Assembly: GCA_022823665.1 (NCBI GenBank)
Contig: JAJEHN010000027.1
Coordinates: 383 to 64,382 of the forward strand
Length of the DNA stretch: 64,000 bases
Direction: 5' to 3'
DNA from: Thermoanaerobaculia bacterium
Lineage (GTDB): Bacteria > Acidobacteriota > Thermoanaerobaculia > Multivoradales > Multivoraceae
In this document: one piece after another, positions 48,236 through 57,657 of the stretch
Layout of the letters: the number at the start of each line of letters is the position of its first letter
Numbering within the stretch: the first letter of the stretch is position 1
The notes under the pieces: model-generated
Seen by the model: only the letters and a program-made list of their open reading frames with translations
Told to the model about the DNA's origin: nothing
Database searches by the model: none
Made by a program: the position numbers and the translations under genes

Positions 48236-49447
48236 ATGGGCAGGTACGGTCTGACGGACGAGGTGATCGAACTCCGTGAACGGATGCGGGAGTTCATCGA
48301 CGGCGAAGTAATCCCGGCCGAGCCGGAGCTGGACTCGGAGTCCGGGGAGGACCGCACTCGGGGCCGGCTGGCCGAACTCAAGGCCCTGGCCAAGCAGCGC
48401 GGACTGTGGGCCCTGGGGCATCCGGCGGAGATTGGCGGCGGCGGCCTGCCGCTCATGCCCTTCGTCTACCTGAACGAGATCATCGGCCGTTCGCACTACG
48501 GCCAGATCGCCGTCGGTTCCGCGTCGATGCAGGACTCGATCATGCTCCACCTCTACGCCAGCGAGGAGCAGAGGGAGCGCTGGCTGAAGCCCCTGGTGGC
48601 GGGCGACATCTACCCCTCGGTGGGCCTCACCGAGCCGGAGGTCGCCGGCTCCGATCCGACCCTGATGCAGACGCGAGCGGTGCTCGACGGCGACGACTGG
48701 GTGATCAACGGTCACAAGTGGTTCACGAGCGGCGCCAGCCGGGCCGCGTTCACGACCTGCTTCGCGCTGACCGAGCCGGAGGCGCAGGGCCACCGCAAGT
48801 TCTCCTCGATCATCGTGCCGACGGACACGCCGGGCTACGAGATCGTGCGCGCCGTGCCGACGATGGGCACCACGTCCGGCCAGCACTGCGAGGTGCGCTA
48901 CAACGACGTCCGCGTGCCGAAGGACAACCTGCTCGGCGGCCGCGGCGAGGGCTTCGTCATCGCGCAGCGGCGGCTCGGTCCGGGGCGAATCTTCCACTGC
49001 ATGAGGTGGCTGGGCCAGGCCCAGCGCGCCTTCGAACTGATGTGCGACCGCGCCAAGTCGCGCTGGGCGCATGGTTCCTACCTGTCGGAGAAGGGCGAGA
49101 TCCAGCGCTATGTCGCCGAGTCGGCCGCCGAGATTCAGGCCGCCCGGCTGATGACGCTGGACGCCGCGGAGGCGATGGACCGCGGCGAACAGGCGCGGGT
49201 CGAGATCTCGCTGATCAAGTTCTGGGGCGCGCGGATGCTCCACAACGTGATCGACCGGGCGATCCAGGTCCATGGCGCGCTTGGCGTGACAGGGGACACG
49301 CCGCTCGAAAAGATGTACCGGGAGGCGCGGTACGCGCGTCTCTACGACGGCCCGGACGAGGTTCACCGGATGGTCGTGGCGCGGCGCATCCTGCGCGACC
49401 CGCTGGGCAGAGTGCCGTGGGGCACGTTGGGCAGTGGCGAGAACTAG
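48236..49447 (+). CDS. Acyl-CoA dehydrogenase
   Basis: GLTEPEVAGSD, WVINGHKWFTSGA, QRRLGPGRI, AIQVHGALG, YDGPDEVH. Confidence 0.93.
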   Translation: MGRYGLTDEVIELRERMREFIDGEVIPAEPELDSESGEDRTRGRLAELKALAKQRGLWALGHPAEIGGGGLPLMPFVYLNEIIGRSHYGQIAVGSASMQDSIMLHLYASEEQRERWLKPLVAGDIYPSVGLTEPEVAGSDPTLMQTRAVLDGDDWVINGHKWFTSGASRAAFTTCFALTEPEAQGHRKFSSIIVPTDTPGYEIVRAVPTMGTTSGQHCEVRYNDVRVPKDNLLGGRGEGFVIAQRRLGPGRIFHCMRWLGQAQRAFELMCDRAKSRWAHGSYLSEKGEIQRYVAESAAEIQAARLMTLDAAEAMDRGEQARVEISLIKFWGARMLHNVIDRAIQVHGALGVTGDTPLEKMYREARYARLYDGPDEVHRMVVARRILRDPLGRVPWGTLGSGEN

Positions 49448-50885
49448 GAGTCCGCGCCACGGAAACTGGATGCGCCGGCACCCTCGCCGGCTTCTGGGAA
49501 GAGCCGCGCCGCGAAGCGGCGACCTTGCTGCCGTGCCTCTTGCCGCGCTCGCCATGGTTCTCGGAGCAAGCTGCATGACGCCGCCGGCCGCGACCGCCCA
49601 ACTCCGCGCCGCGGCAGTCGCCGTCGAGATCACTCCGCCTGCCGGCTCCCTGCTCTACGGCTACGGCGCGCGCGGAACGAACCGGTCCCGGGGAGTCCAC
49701 GACCCGCTCTATGCGCGGGCCCTGGTGCTCGAAGCGAGCGGCGAGACCGCGGCGCTGGTCACCCTCGATCTCGGCTCCATCCGCAAGGAGAACACCCTGC
49801 CGATCCGGCAGATGGTCCAGGAGGTTGCTGGCTTCGACCATGTGCTGCTGAACGCCTCCCACACGCACTCCGCGCCCCTGTTCGAGGCGGACTTCCCGAG
49901 CGCCGAGCGCCCGTGGGTCGAGGAGCTGGAGCGGAAGATCGCCGGCGTGATCCTGGAGGCGCATGCCGCGCTCCGCCCGGCCCGCGTCGCCGTGGGCTGG
50001 GGCTGGGCGAGCGAGGGGCACAACCGGCGCCGGGTGCTGCCGGACGGCAGCGTCGAGATGTTCTGGCGCAACCGCGAGCGGCTGCCGACCGCGCCGCTCG
50101 ACGACTCCGTCGGCGTGCTGGCGGTCGATGGCAGAGACGGCGAGCCGATCGCCACGGTGGTGAACTTCGCCGTGCACCCGGTCATCCTCGGTCCCGGCAA
50201 CCTGCTCGTTTCCGCCGACTTTCCGGGCGCGATGGCGGCCCTGGTCGCCGAGCGCGGCGGCGGCGTGGCGATGTTCCTGCAGGGCGCCGCCGGCGACATC
50301 AACCCGTTCTGGGACAAGACGGCGCCGGAGGAAGGCGCGTTCGAGCAGGTCCGGATGGCGGGGGAACGGCTGGGTCAGGAGGTGCTTCGCGTCCGCGCCG
50401 ACCTGGCCGCCGCGGAGGCGTTCCACGATCCGGCGATCCTGTCCGTGAAGCGTCACCTGGTGACGCTCGATCCGCGATGGGACCTGGACTCGCCGGTGGT
50501 CGAGGAGGGCTTCCGCCGCCACGGACTGGAGGCGTCGCTTCAAAGGTACCGCGCGCGCTTCCCGCGTGAACGGGAGGCCGAAGTGAACACCCTGGTCCTC
50601 GGCGAGGTCGGCGAAGGCCAGTTCGCTCTCGCCACCTTCCCGGGCGAGTTCTTCGTCGAGCACCAGCTCCGCCTGCGGGCCGCGACTCAGGTGCCCCACG
50701 TCTTCTTCGCCGGCTACACGAACGGCGAACTCGCCTACTTCCCGACGATCGCCGCGGCCGCCCAGGGCGGCTACGGCGGCAGGGAAGCTACGATCGTCGA
50801 GGTCGGCGCCGGCGAGAAGCTGGTCGATCTGGCGGCGATCTCGATTCTAGAACAGGCCGGCTGGCTGCACGACGCGCCGCCGTAG
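49434..50885 (+). CDS. Neutral/alkaline ceramidase-like metallo-amidase (exported)
   Basis: VEITP, GVHDPLYARAL, ASHTHSAP, NFAVHP, SADFPG, FLQGAAGDINP, PGEFF. Start is uncertain. Confidence 0.8.
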   Translation: MARTRSPRHGNWMRRHPRRLLGRAAPRSGDLAAVPLAALAMVLGASCMTPPAATAQLRAAAVAVEITPPAGSLLYGYGARGTNRSRGVHDPLYARALVLEASGETAALVTLDLGSIRKENTLPIRQMVQEVAGFDHVLLNASHTHSAPLFEADFPSAERPWVEELERKIAGVILEAHAALRPARVAVGWGWASEGHNRRRVLPDGSVEMFWRNRERLPTAPLDDSVGVLAVDGRDGEPIATVVNFAVHPVILGPGNLLVSADFPGAMAALVAERGGGVAMFLQGAAGDINPFWDKTAPEEGAFEQVRMAGERLGQEVLRVRADLAAAEAFHDPAILSVKRHLVTLDPRWDLDSPVVEEGFRRHGLEASLQRYRARFPREREAEVNTLVLGEVGEGQFALATFPGEFFVEHQLRLRAATQVPHVFFAGYTNGELAYFPTIAAAAQGGYGGREATIVEVGAGEKLVDLAAISILEQAGWLHDAPP

Positions 50886-50902
50886 GAGGCGGGCCGCGGC
50901 CC

Positions 50903-52240
50903 CTACCGTGGGGTCACGGTGGCTGGAATGGCGCCTCTGAATCCGCCGACTCCCAGGCCGGGCTTGGTCGGCAGGTCCTGCTCGACCGGCTCCAGCCGGC
51001 GCCGTCCGGCCACCGCGGCCAGCGCCGCGACGATCAGGTTGGTGGCCAGGTCCGCCCCGCGGCATTCCTTCGGACCGAAGCTGAACGGGATGAACCGGTC
51101 GACCGGGCATCCCGGACCATCCAGCCATCGCTCGGGCCGGAAGGCAGCGCCGTCCCCCCAACTCTCGGGGTCTCGCTGCATCACGTGGAGAACGACGTCG
51201 ACGCTGGTTCCCTTCGGGACGAGATAGCCGCCGAGCGTACAGTCCTCCTCCGCCCGCCGCGCCACGAGCAACGGGGCCGGAGGGTGAAGCCGCAGGACCT
51301 CCATGGCGACGGCGTGCGTGAACGGGAGCCGTCCGAGGTCGTCTCCCTGAAGCGGGCGGTCGCCGACCACCTGGTCCACCTCGGCTTCCATCCGTTCGCG
51401 AACCTCCGGGCGGTCGCGCAGGTAGAACTGCGCCAGCGTGAGAATCTGCACTGGGCCGTCCAGGGCGGCGAACAGCATGGTGTACACCTCGTCGCGGATC
51501 TCCCTGTCGTTTGCGAAGCGCCAGCCGGACTCCTCGCGTTCCGTTGCCTGCACGAGGTGGCAGATGAGCTCGGGCCTGGCTTCCGCCGACGCTCTAGCCG
51601 CCCCGATGGCTTCCCGGGTCGCATGGTCGAGCGGCCGGATGGCCCTGCGGGCCTTCAGGTCGTGCGGCAGGGGAAGTCTCCGCAGTAACTGGAATCCCGG
51701 CAGCACGCTCAGCATGAAGGTCAGTTTCACCGCCTTCAGGGAGGGCCGGACGATGGCCGGATCGAGTTCGGGGCCGCGGCCCAGGAGGCTCGTCGTGACG
51801 CCGTTCCAGGTAAAGCGCTCCATCGTCCGCGGCAGGTCGACGGTCCCATCCGGGAGTTCGTCGACCAGTCGATTGGCTTCGGCGGCGGCGACGTGCTTCT
51901 GGAACGCGACCCGCTCGGGAGTCGCCGCGGACACGATGAGTTCGCGCAAGCGACCGTGTTCTTCTCCGGCGGGCATACGGACGAGGCCGGAGCTCGGAAC
52001 CACGTCGCAGGCGGTTCTGGGGTGCAGGATCCGGAGGACATCCGTCTTCTCGACGAGCACCTCGTGCGCCAGCTCACGGCTGAAGACGGCGCAACGGCGG
52101 CGGCCGGGAAGTTCGAAGCGGACGATGTCGCCGTGGTTCTCATGGAGCCAGTGGAGGAAGCCCAGCACGTCCTCCGCCATCTTTCGGAGGGTCGCGAGCT
52201 TTCCAAGGGCGGGACCGGGGGGCAGCGGCGGCTTCGTCAT
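50903..52240 (-). CDS. Cytochrome P450
   Basis: PPGP, EVLR (ExxR), FRPERW, FIPFSFGPKECRG heme motif. ATG at 52240 overlaps the upstream stop. Confidence 0.92.
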   Translation of the reverse strand: MTKPPLPPGPALGKLATLRKMAEDVLGFLHWLHENHGDIVRFELPGRRRCAVFSRELAHEVLVEKTDVLRILHPRTACDVVPSSGLVRMPAGEEHGRLRELIVSAATPERVAFQKHVAAAEANRLVDELPDGTVDLPRTMERFTWNGVTTSLLGRGPELDPAIVRPSLKAVKLTFMLSVLPGFQLLRRLPLPHDLKARRAIRPLDHATREAIGAARASAEARPELICHLVQATEREESGWRFANDREIRDEVYTMLFAALDGPVQILTLAQFYLRDRPEVRERMEAEVDQVVGDRPLQGDDLGRLPFTHAVAMEVLRLHPPAPLLVARRAEEDCTLGGYLVPKGTSVDVVLHVMQRDPESWGDGAAFRPERWLDGPGCPVDRFIPFSFGPKECRGADLATNLIVAALAAVAGRRRLEPVEQDLPTKPGLGVGGFRGAIPATVTPR

Positions 52241-53601
52241 CGGGTTTCGATCCTCACTTTGTACTCGCCTCGCACGCCGATGCCGATGTTCGTTCTCGAC
52301 GGCGGGCGCCTGGACAAAGGCTCGAGCCTGCGGTCCCTGAACAGCGACGCCAGGGCGAACGTGAACATCATGGCGGCGAAGCCGGCCCCCCGGCAACCGC
52401 GCGGTTCGACGCCGAAAGGCATGTAGCCCTCCTCGGGACGCATGCCGTCACCGGCTTCAACTCCGAGCCAGCGCTCCGGCCGGAACTCGTCGGCGTCTTC
52501 CCAGTGTTCCGGCCGCCGCTGAATGACATGGGCGCCGACGATTGTCATCGTGCCCTTCGGGATCAGGTAGCCGCCCAGAACGCGGTCCTCCAGTGCTTCC
52601 CGGGCCGGCATGGCGTAGGCCGGCGGCTCGAAACGCAGGATTTCGCGGAAGATGGCGCGCAGGTAAGGGAGGCGCCGCAGGTCGCCGGCCTCGATCGGCC
52701 GGTCTCCAAGGACGTCGTCGAGTTCGTGCTCTACGCGGCCGCCAACGTCGGGGTGGCGCGCAACGAGGTGAATGCCCCAGGTCAGCGTGCCCACCGGGGC
52801 GTCGATGGCGGCGCAGAGATGACCGTAGGCCTCGTCGCGCACCTCCAGGTCCGTCTCGTAGAGGCCGTGGGCGCTCCCGTCGGCGGCCGTCCGGACGAGG
52901 TGCGAGATCAGGTCGTGGCCGTCGTGGGCGGGATCCTTGGCTCGTTCGATCGCGGGGTACGTGACCTCGTCCAGGGCCTTCAGGGTGTCGCGGACCCGGC
53001 GGTTGAAGGGCAGCGGCAGCTTGACGACGACTTCCTTGAACGGGACGACCCCCAGCAGAAGGTCCTGCTTCATCGCGGAGAGGACGTTGCGGCCCAACTC
53101 CGGATCGAGCTTCGGTTCGCGGCCCAGGACCAGGTCGAGCATGCAGCGCCACGAGAAGCGCTCCAGCTCGTCGATCATGTCGACCTCGCGGTTCGGCGTG
53201 CACCTCCCGATCAGTTCGTCCACGTTGTCGAGGATGAGGTTCGCGCAGGCTTGCATGCGTTCTTCGGCGTATCCGGCCAGCATGATCTCGCGTCGCCGCC
53301 GGTGGTCGTCGCCGTGAGACGTCTGCAGGAAGTAGTGAGTCAGCAGGTCGTAGTTCGATGGCGGGTAGAACGGCCTGAACCACTGCTCCTGGGTGGTCAG
53401 GACCTCTCGCGCCAGGTCGCCGGTGAACACGGCGCACCACGGGGAGGTCGGCATTTCGAAGCGGACGATGTCGCCGTGCTCGCGGTGAAGTTCGTCAAGC
53501 AGGCCCTTGAAGTCCCGCGCTCGCTTCGTCGCGTGGCGCAGTTGACGGCCCCTGGGACCTGGCGGCAGCGGCAAGTCGGTTGAGACGGGCCGGGTCGACA
53601 T
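52237..53601 (-). CDS. Cytochrome P450
   Basis: PPGP, EILR, FRPERW, YMPFGVEPRGCRG heme motif. Confidence 0.92.
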   Translation of the reverse strand: MSTRPVSTDLPLPPGPRGRQLRHATKRARDFKGLLDELHREHGDIVRFEMPTSPWCAVFTGDLAREVLTTQEQWFRPFYPPSNYDLLTHYFLQTSHGDDHRRRREIMLAGYAEERMQACANLILDNVDELIGRCTPNREVDMIDELERFSWRCMLDLVLGREPKLDPELGRNVLSAMKQDLLLGVVPFKEVVVKLPLPFNRRVRDTLKALDEVTYPAIERAKDPAHDGHDLISHLVRTAADGSAHGLYETDLEVRDEAYGHLCAAIDAPVGTLTWGIHLVARHPDVGGRVEHELDDVLGDRPIEAGDLRRLPYLRAIFREILRFEPPAYAMPAREALEDRVLGGYLIPKGTMTIVGAHVIQRRPEHWEDADEFRPERWLGVEAGDGMRPEEGYMPFGVEPRGCRGAGFAAMMFTFALASLFRDRRLEPLSRRPPSRTNIGIGVRGEYKVRIETR

Positions 53602-53779
53602 GGACGCTCGGAGAGTAGCAACCCGAAGCGCGGTCTGCTGATGGCGCTCTTCCGGTCTGGCGTACTCTGAGGCTCACGCAGCGCCGCCTGACGTCGCGAG
53701 GTCACCGATCGACCAGCCTTTGCGGCGCCGCTTCCTGCTCACGGCGCAAGCAGCGACTCAATTCACCGGAGATTCACGC

Positions 53780-55756
53780 ATGATGAACAGCCCTGTCTCG
53801 ACTTTCTCCCGTTCTGGTGGAGCCGGCTCGCGGCTGGCTGTCTCGTTCGCCGCAACCGTGGCGGTGCTGGCCGCGTTGGCCCTGGGCTGCGCCGGCGGCG
53901 AGAAGTTGGAAACGCGCCAGCCGGCCGTCTACGGCGCGGCCGCTTTCCACAACACGACGTCGTACAGCGGGGCCTCGTTCTCGGCCGACGAGAGCCGCCT
54001 GCTGATCTCGAGCGACATGACGGGCGTGTGGGCCGTCTACAGCATGCCGGTCACCGGCGGCGAGCCCGACCAACTGACCGACAGCGCGGGACCGGTGTTC
54101 GCTCAGAGCTGGTTCCCGAACGACGACCGCTTTCTCTACACGGGCGACCAGGGCGGCAACGAGCTGAACCACCTGTACGTGGGGTCCGACGGCGCCGGGG
54201 ACGTTCCCGAGGGCGCGGTGGACCTGACGCCGGGAGACAACGTCCGGGCGTCCTTCGCCGGCTGGCGGAGTGACGGCGAAGCGTTCTTCGTGCGGACGAA
54301 CGAGCGCACGCCGTTCGCGATGGATCTCTACCGCTACCACGTGCCGCCGCCGGGAACGTGGGACTTCGAACGCGAACTCGTCTTCGAGAACGACGGCACG
54401 TTCAACCTGGGCGACGTCAGCGACGACGGCCGCTGGCTGGCGCTCGACAAGCTGACCAGCAACTACGACAGCGACGTCTACGCCTACGACCTGATGGCGG
54501 GTCACCTGGTCCACGTGACGGAGCACGAAGGCGAGGTCGAGCACTCCTCCGGCGGCTTCACGCCGGACAGCGCACAGCTCTACTACGGCACGACCGAGCA
54601 CGGCGAGTTCAACCAGATTTGGTCCTACGACCTCGCCGGCGGTTCCCGCGAGCTGGTGCTCGCGGCCGACTGGGACGTCTTCGGCGTGTCCTTCTCCGAG
54701 ACCGGCCGGTACCGCGTCTCGGCGGTCAACGAGGACGCGTCGACCACGGTCGAGGTGCTCGACACCGAGACCGGTGCTCCGGTCGAACTGCCCGACCTGC
54801 CGGCCGGCGACATCGGCGCGGTTCGTTTCTCCGCCAGCGACCGGCTGATGGCCTTCTACCTGACCAGCGACCGGTCGCCGTCCGATCTCTACGTCGTCGA
54901 CCTGGAGCAGGGCGGGGAGGCGCTTCGCCTGACCGAGAGCCTGAACCCGGAGATCGACCCGGACGAGCTGGTCACCACCGAAGTGATCCGTTATCCGAGC
55001 TTCGACGGCCTGGAGATTCCGGCCATCCTCTGGCGGCCGCACGGGGCCTCGGCCGACAACCCGGCGCCGGCGATGGTCTGGGTGCACGGCGGGCCGGGCG
55101 GCCAGACGCGGCGCACCTACCGCGCCGACATCCAGCACCTGGTGAACCAGGGATACGTCGTCCTCGGCGTGAACAACCGGGGTTCGTCCGGCTACGGCAA
55201 GACCTTCTTTCACATGGACGACAAGAAGCACGGGGAGGTCGACCTGCAGGACTGCGTGTGGGCGCGCACCTGGCTCGAGTCCCAGGACTGGGTGGACGGG
55301 TCCCGCGTCGGCATCATCGGCGGCAGTTACGGCGGCTATATGGTGGCCGCCGCGCTGGCGTTCGAGCCCGAGGTGTTCGACGTCGGCATCAACATCTTCG
55401 GGGTGACGAACTGGATCCGGACGCTGGAGAGCACGCCCCCGTGGTGGCAGGCGCAGAAGGTCGCCCTGCTTGGCGAGCTGGGCGATCCGGCGACCGAGCG
55501 CGAGCGCCTCGAGCGCATCTCGCCGCTCTTCCACGCCTCGAACGTCGTCAAGCCGCTGCTCGTCGTGCAGGGTGCGAACGACCCGCGGGTTCTCCAGGTG
55601 GAGAGCGACGAACTGGTCGAGGCGGTGCGGGCGAACGGCGTTCCGGTGGAGTACGTGCTGTTCCCCGACGAGGGGCACGGCTTCCGCAACCGCGTGAACC
55701 GGATCGAGGCGTCTGAGCGCTACGCGGCGTTCCTGGCGGAACACATGAGCCCGTAG
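53780..55756 (+). CDS. S9-family (prolyl oligopeptidase / acylaminoacyl peptidase) lipoprotein
   Basis: Lipobox LALGC, VHGGP, NNRGSSGYG, GGSYGG, GANDPRV, DEGH. Confidence 0.92.
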   Translation: MMNSPVSTFSRSGGAGSRLAVSFAATVAVLAALALGCAGGEKLETRQPAVYGAAAFHNTTSYSGASFSADESRLLISSDMTGVWAVYSMPVTGGEPDQLTDSAGPVFAQSWFPNDDRFLYTGDQGGNELNHLYVGSDGAGDVPEGAVDLTPGDNVRASFAGWRSDGEAFFVRTNERTPFAMDLYRYHVPPPGTWDFERELVFENDGTFNLGDVSDDGRWLALDKLTSNYDSDVYAYDLMAGHLVHVTEHEGEVEHSSGGFTPDSAQLYYGTTEHGEFNQIWSYDLAGGSRELVLAADWDVFGVSFSETGRYRVSAVNEDASTTVEVLDTETGAPVELPDLPAGDIGAVRFSASDRLMAFYLTSDRSPSDLYVVDLEQGGEALRLTESLNPEIDPDELVTTEVIRYPSFDGLEIPAILWRPHGASADNPAPAMVWVHGGPGGQTRRTYRADIQHLVNQGYVVLGVNNRGSSGYGKTFFHMDDKKHGEVDLQDCVWARTWLESQDWVDGSRVGIIGGSYGGYMVAAALAFEPEVFDVGINIFGVTNWIRTLESTPPWWQAQKVALLGELGDPATERERLERISPLFHASNVVKPLLVVQGANDPRVLQVESDELVEAVRANGVPVEYVLFPDEGHGFRNRVNRIEASERYAAFLAEHMSP

Positions 55757-55793
55757 GTCAGGCGGGAGCTGGCGTCGCACCTGGCGATGCCGG

Positions 55794-55856
55794 TCTTCAC
55801 AGTTTGGTGACCCGTCTTTTCACCGTCTCTTGACGGTTTTCGCGGCGTCTCTTCAC
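55794..55856 (+). promoter_or_regulatory. Putative tandem Pho boxes
   Basis: CTTCAC, GGTGAC, TTTCAC, CTTGAC and CTTCAC end at 55800, 55811, 55823, 55834 and 55856, giving ~11-bp periodicity. Confidence 0.55.
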
Positions 55857-55898
55857 AACAGAGCCCAAGAATCCTCCTCAACCATGGAGGAGGACCAC

Positions 55899-57616
55899 TT
55901 GACTCTGCATCGGCGTTTCTCGTTTTCCCGCCCGGGCTGCACGTTCCTGGCGGGTCTGCTGTTGACGGCGGCCTCGGCTCTGCCGGCCGCGGCCTTCTTC
56001 CCGCCGGTTGAACCGGGCATTCCGAATCGCCCGGCCATCCTGCTGGAGACCGACTTCTACGTCTTCACTTCCGCGCTTGAGCTGACCGAGCCGGACCTGG
56101 ACCTGACCCTGGACGCCCGGGGGTACACGACGCCGGCGACGGTCTACCTGTACTGGGAGAACCGGAGCACTCAGGCGAAGAGCTACTACAACCAGGCCGC
56201 GAACTCCTTCGGCTCCGGGGAGGTCGACGTGTTCGGTTCCGCCGGCGCGCCGCAGGCGATCGACGTGACCGGGCTGGGGAGCCGGCTCGGAGCGTCCTCG
56301 AACACCTTCCGGCTGTTCGGCAGCGGCGGCGCCCTGGGCTCGCTGCCGGCTTCGGTGCCGCGGGCGACCGGCCGCTACCAGTTCGTGCTCGAGATTCGCG
56401 ATTCGGCCGGGGACAAGGTCATCGCCCGGGCCAACGCGATGTACAGCCACGTGGATGCCGTGATCACAAGGTGGGCAACATCACGTCGAGCGAGACCTGG
56501 ACCGCGAACAACGCCTACTACCTGAACGGACCGACCTTCATCGACGGCGGGGCCACGCTGACGATCGAGCCCGGAACCTTCGTCTTCGGAGGCAACGTGA
56601 ACCAGGGCGTCCTGGTGGTGAAGCCCGGGTCGAAGATCATGGCCGCGGGCACGGCCAGGATGCCGATCGTCCTGACTTCCGAGTTCGATGTCGGCGAGCG
56701 GGAACCGGGCGACTGGGGCGGCCTGGTGATCAGCGGCAACGCACCCTGCAACGTCTGTCCTCGCGAGGGCGAGGGCGACTCGGGCCTGTTCGGCGGCAAC
56801 GACGCGGCGGACTCGAGCGGCCGGCTCTCCTACGTGCGGGTCGAGTTCGCCGGCATCCGGTTCACCGACGAGAACGAGCTGAACGGCATCGCTCTGCAGG
56901 GCGTCGGCAGCGGCACCGTGATCGACCACGTCCAGGTCCACCACAACGCGGACGACGGCGTCGAGTTCTTCGGCGGCACGGTCGACGCGAAGTACGTGCT
57001 GATCACCGACTCCCAGGACGACAGCATCGACTGGACCTTCGGCTGGCGGGGCCGGATGCAGCACGCGGTCGTCCTGCAGCGTTTCGACGACCACGACAAG
57101 GGGATCGAGGCGGACAACGAGAAGTCGAACAACAACCTCGAGCCGCGCTCCCATCCGACGATCTACAACCTGACCATCTCGATGTGGCGGGACTCGGGCG
57201 ATCCGGGGATCCTGCTGCGTCGCGGCACCGCGATCACGTTGCGGAACGCGATCGTCATGAACGCCAAGGACTACGCGGTGGACGTCGACGGCGCGGTCAC
57301 CGAGAGCCTGGTGGGGAATCTGCTGACGATCGACAACAGCATCTTCTTCAACAACCGGGACGGCTTCGCGAACGTCGATCTCCAGGCGACGAACATCCTG
57401 GCCTCCGACCCGCTGCTTCCTAACTCCCGGAGCCGGGTGCAGCCGGACCTGGCGCCCCTGGCGGGTTCGCCGGCCCGTTCGGGCGGGGCGCCGATCCCCG
57501 CGGCCGTTGCCGCGTCCTCGGGAGACGGCTTCTTCGACGCCGTGACCCACATCGGCGGCGTGTCGCCGGAAGACCCGTGGGTCGACGACGGCTGGACCAC
57601 CTTCTCGGACAACTAA
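55899..57616 (+). pseudogene. Secreted beta-helix protein associated with the TonB receptor, split by a frameshift
   Basis: GGAGGAGG RBS and TTG start with a signal peptide. The frame changes near 56468 into GNITSSETWT..YYL, LTIEPGT, GDWGGL, YVRVEFAG, ELNGI, DDGVEFFGG. Confidence 0.7.
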
Positions 57617-57657
57617 GGGCAATGAACTTCACAGAGCACACAGGAGCAGATACCACC

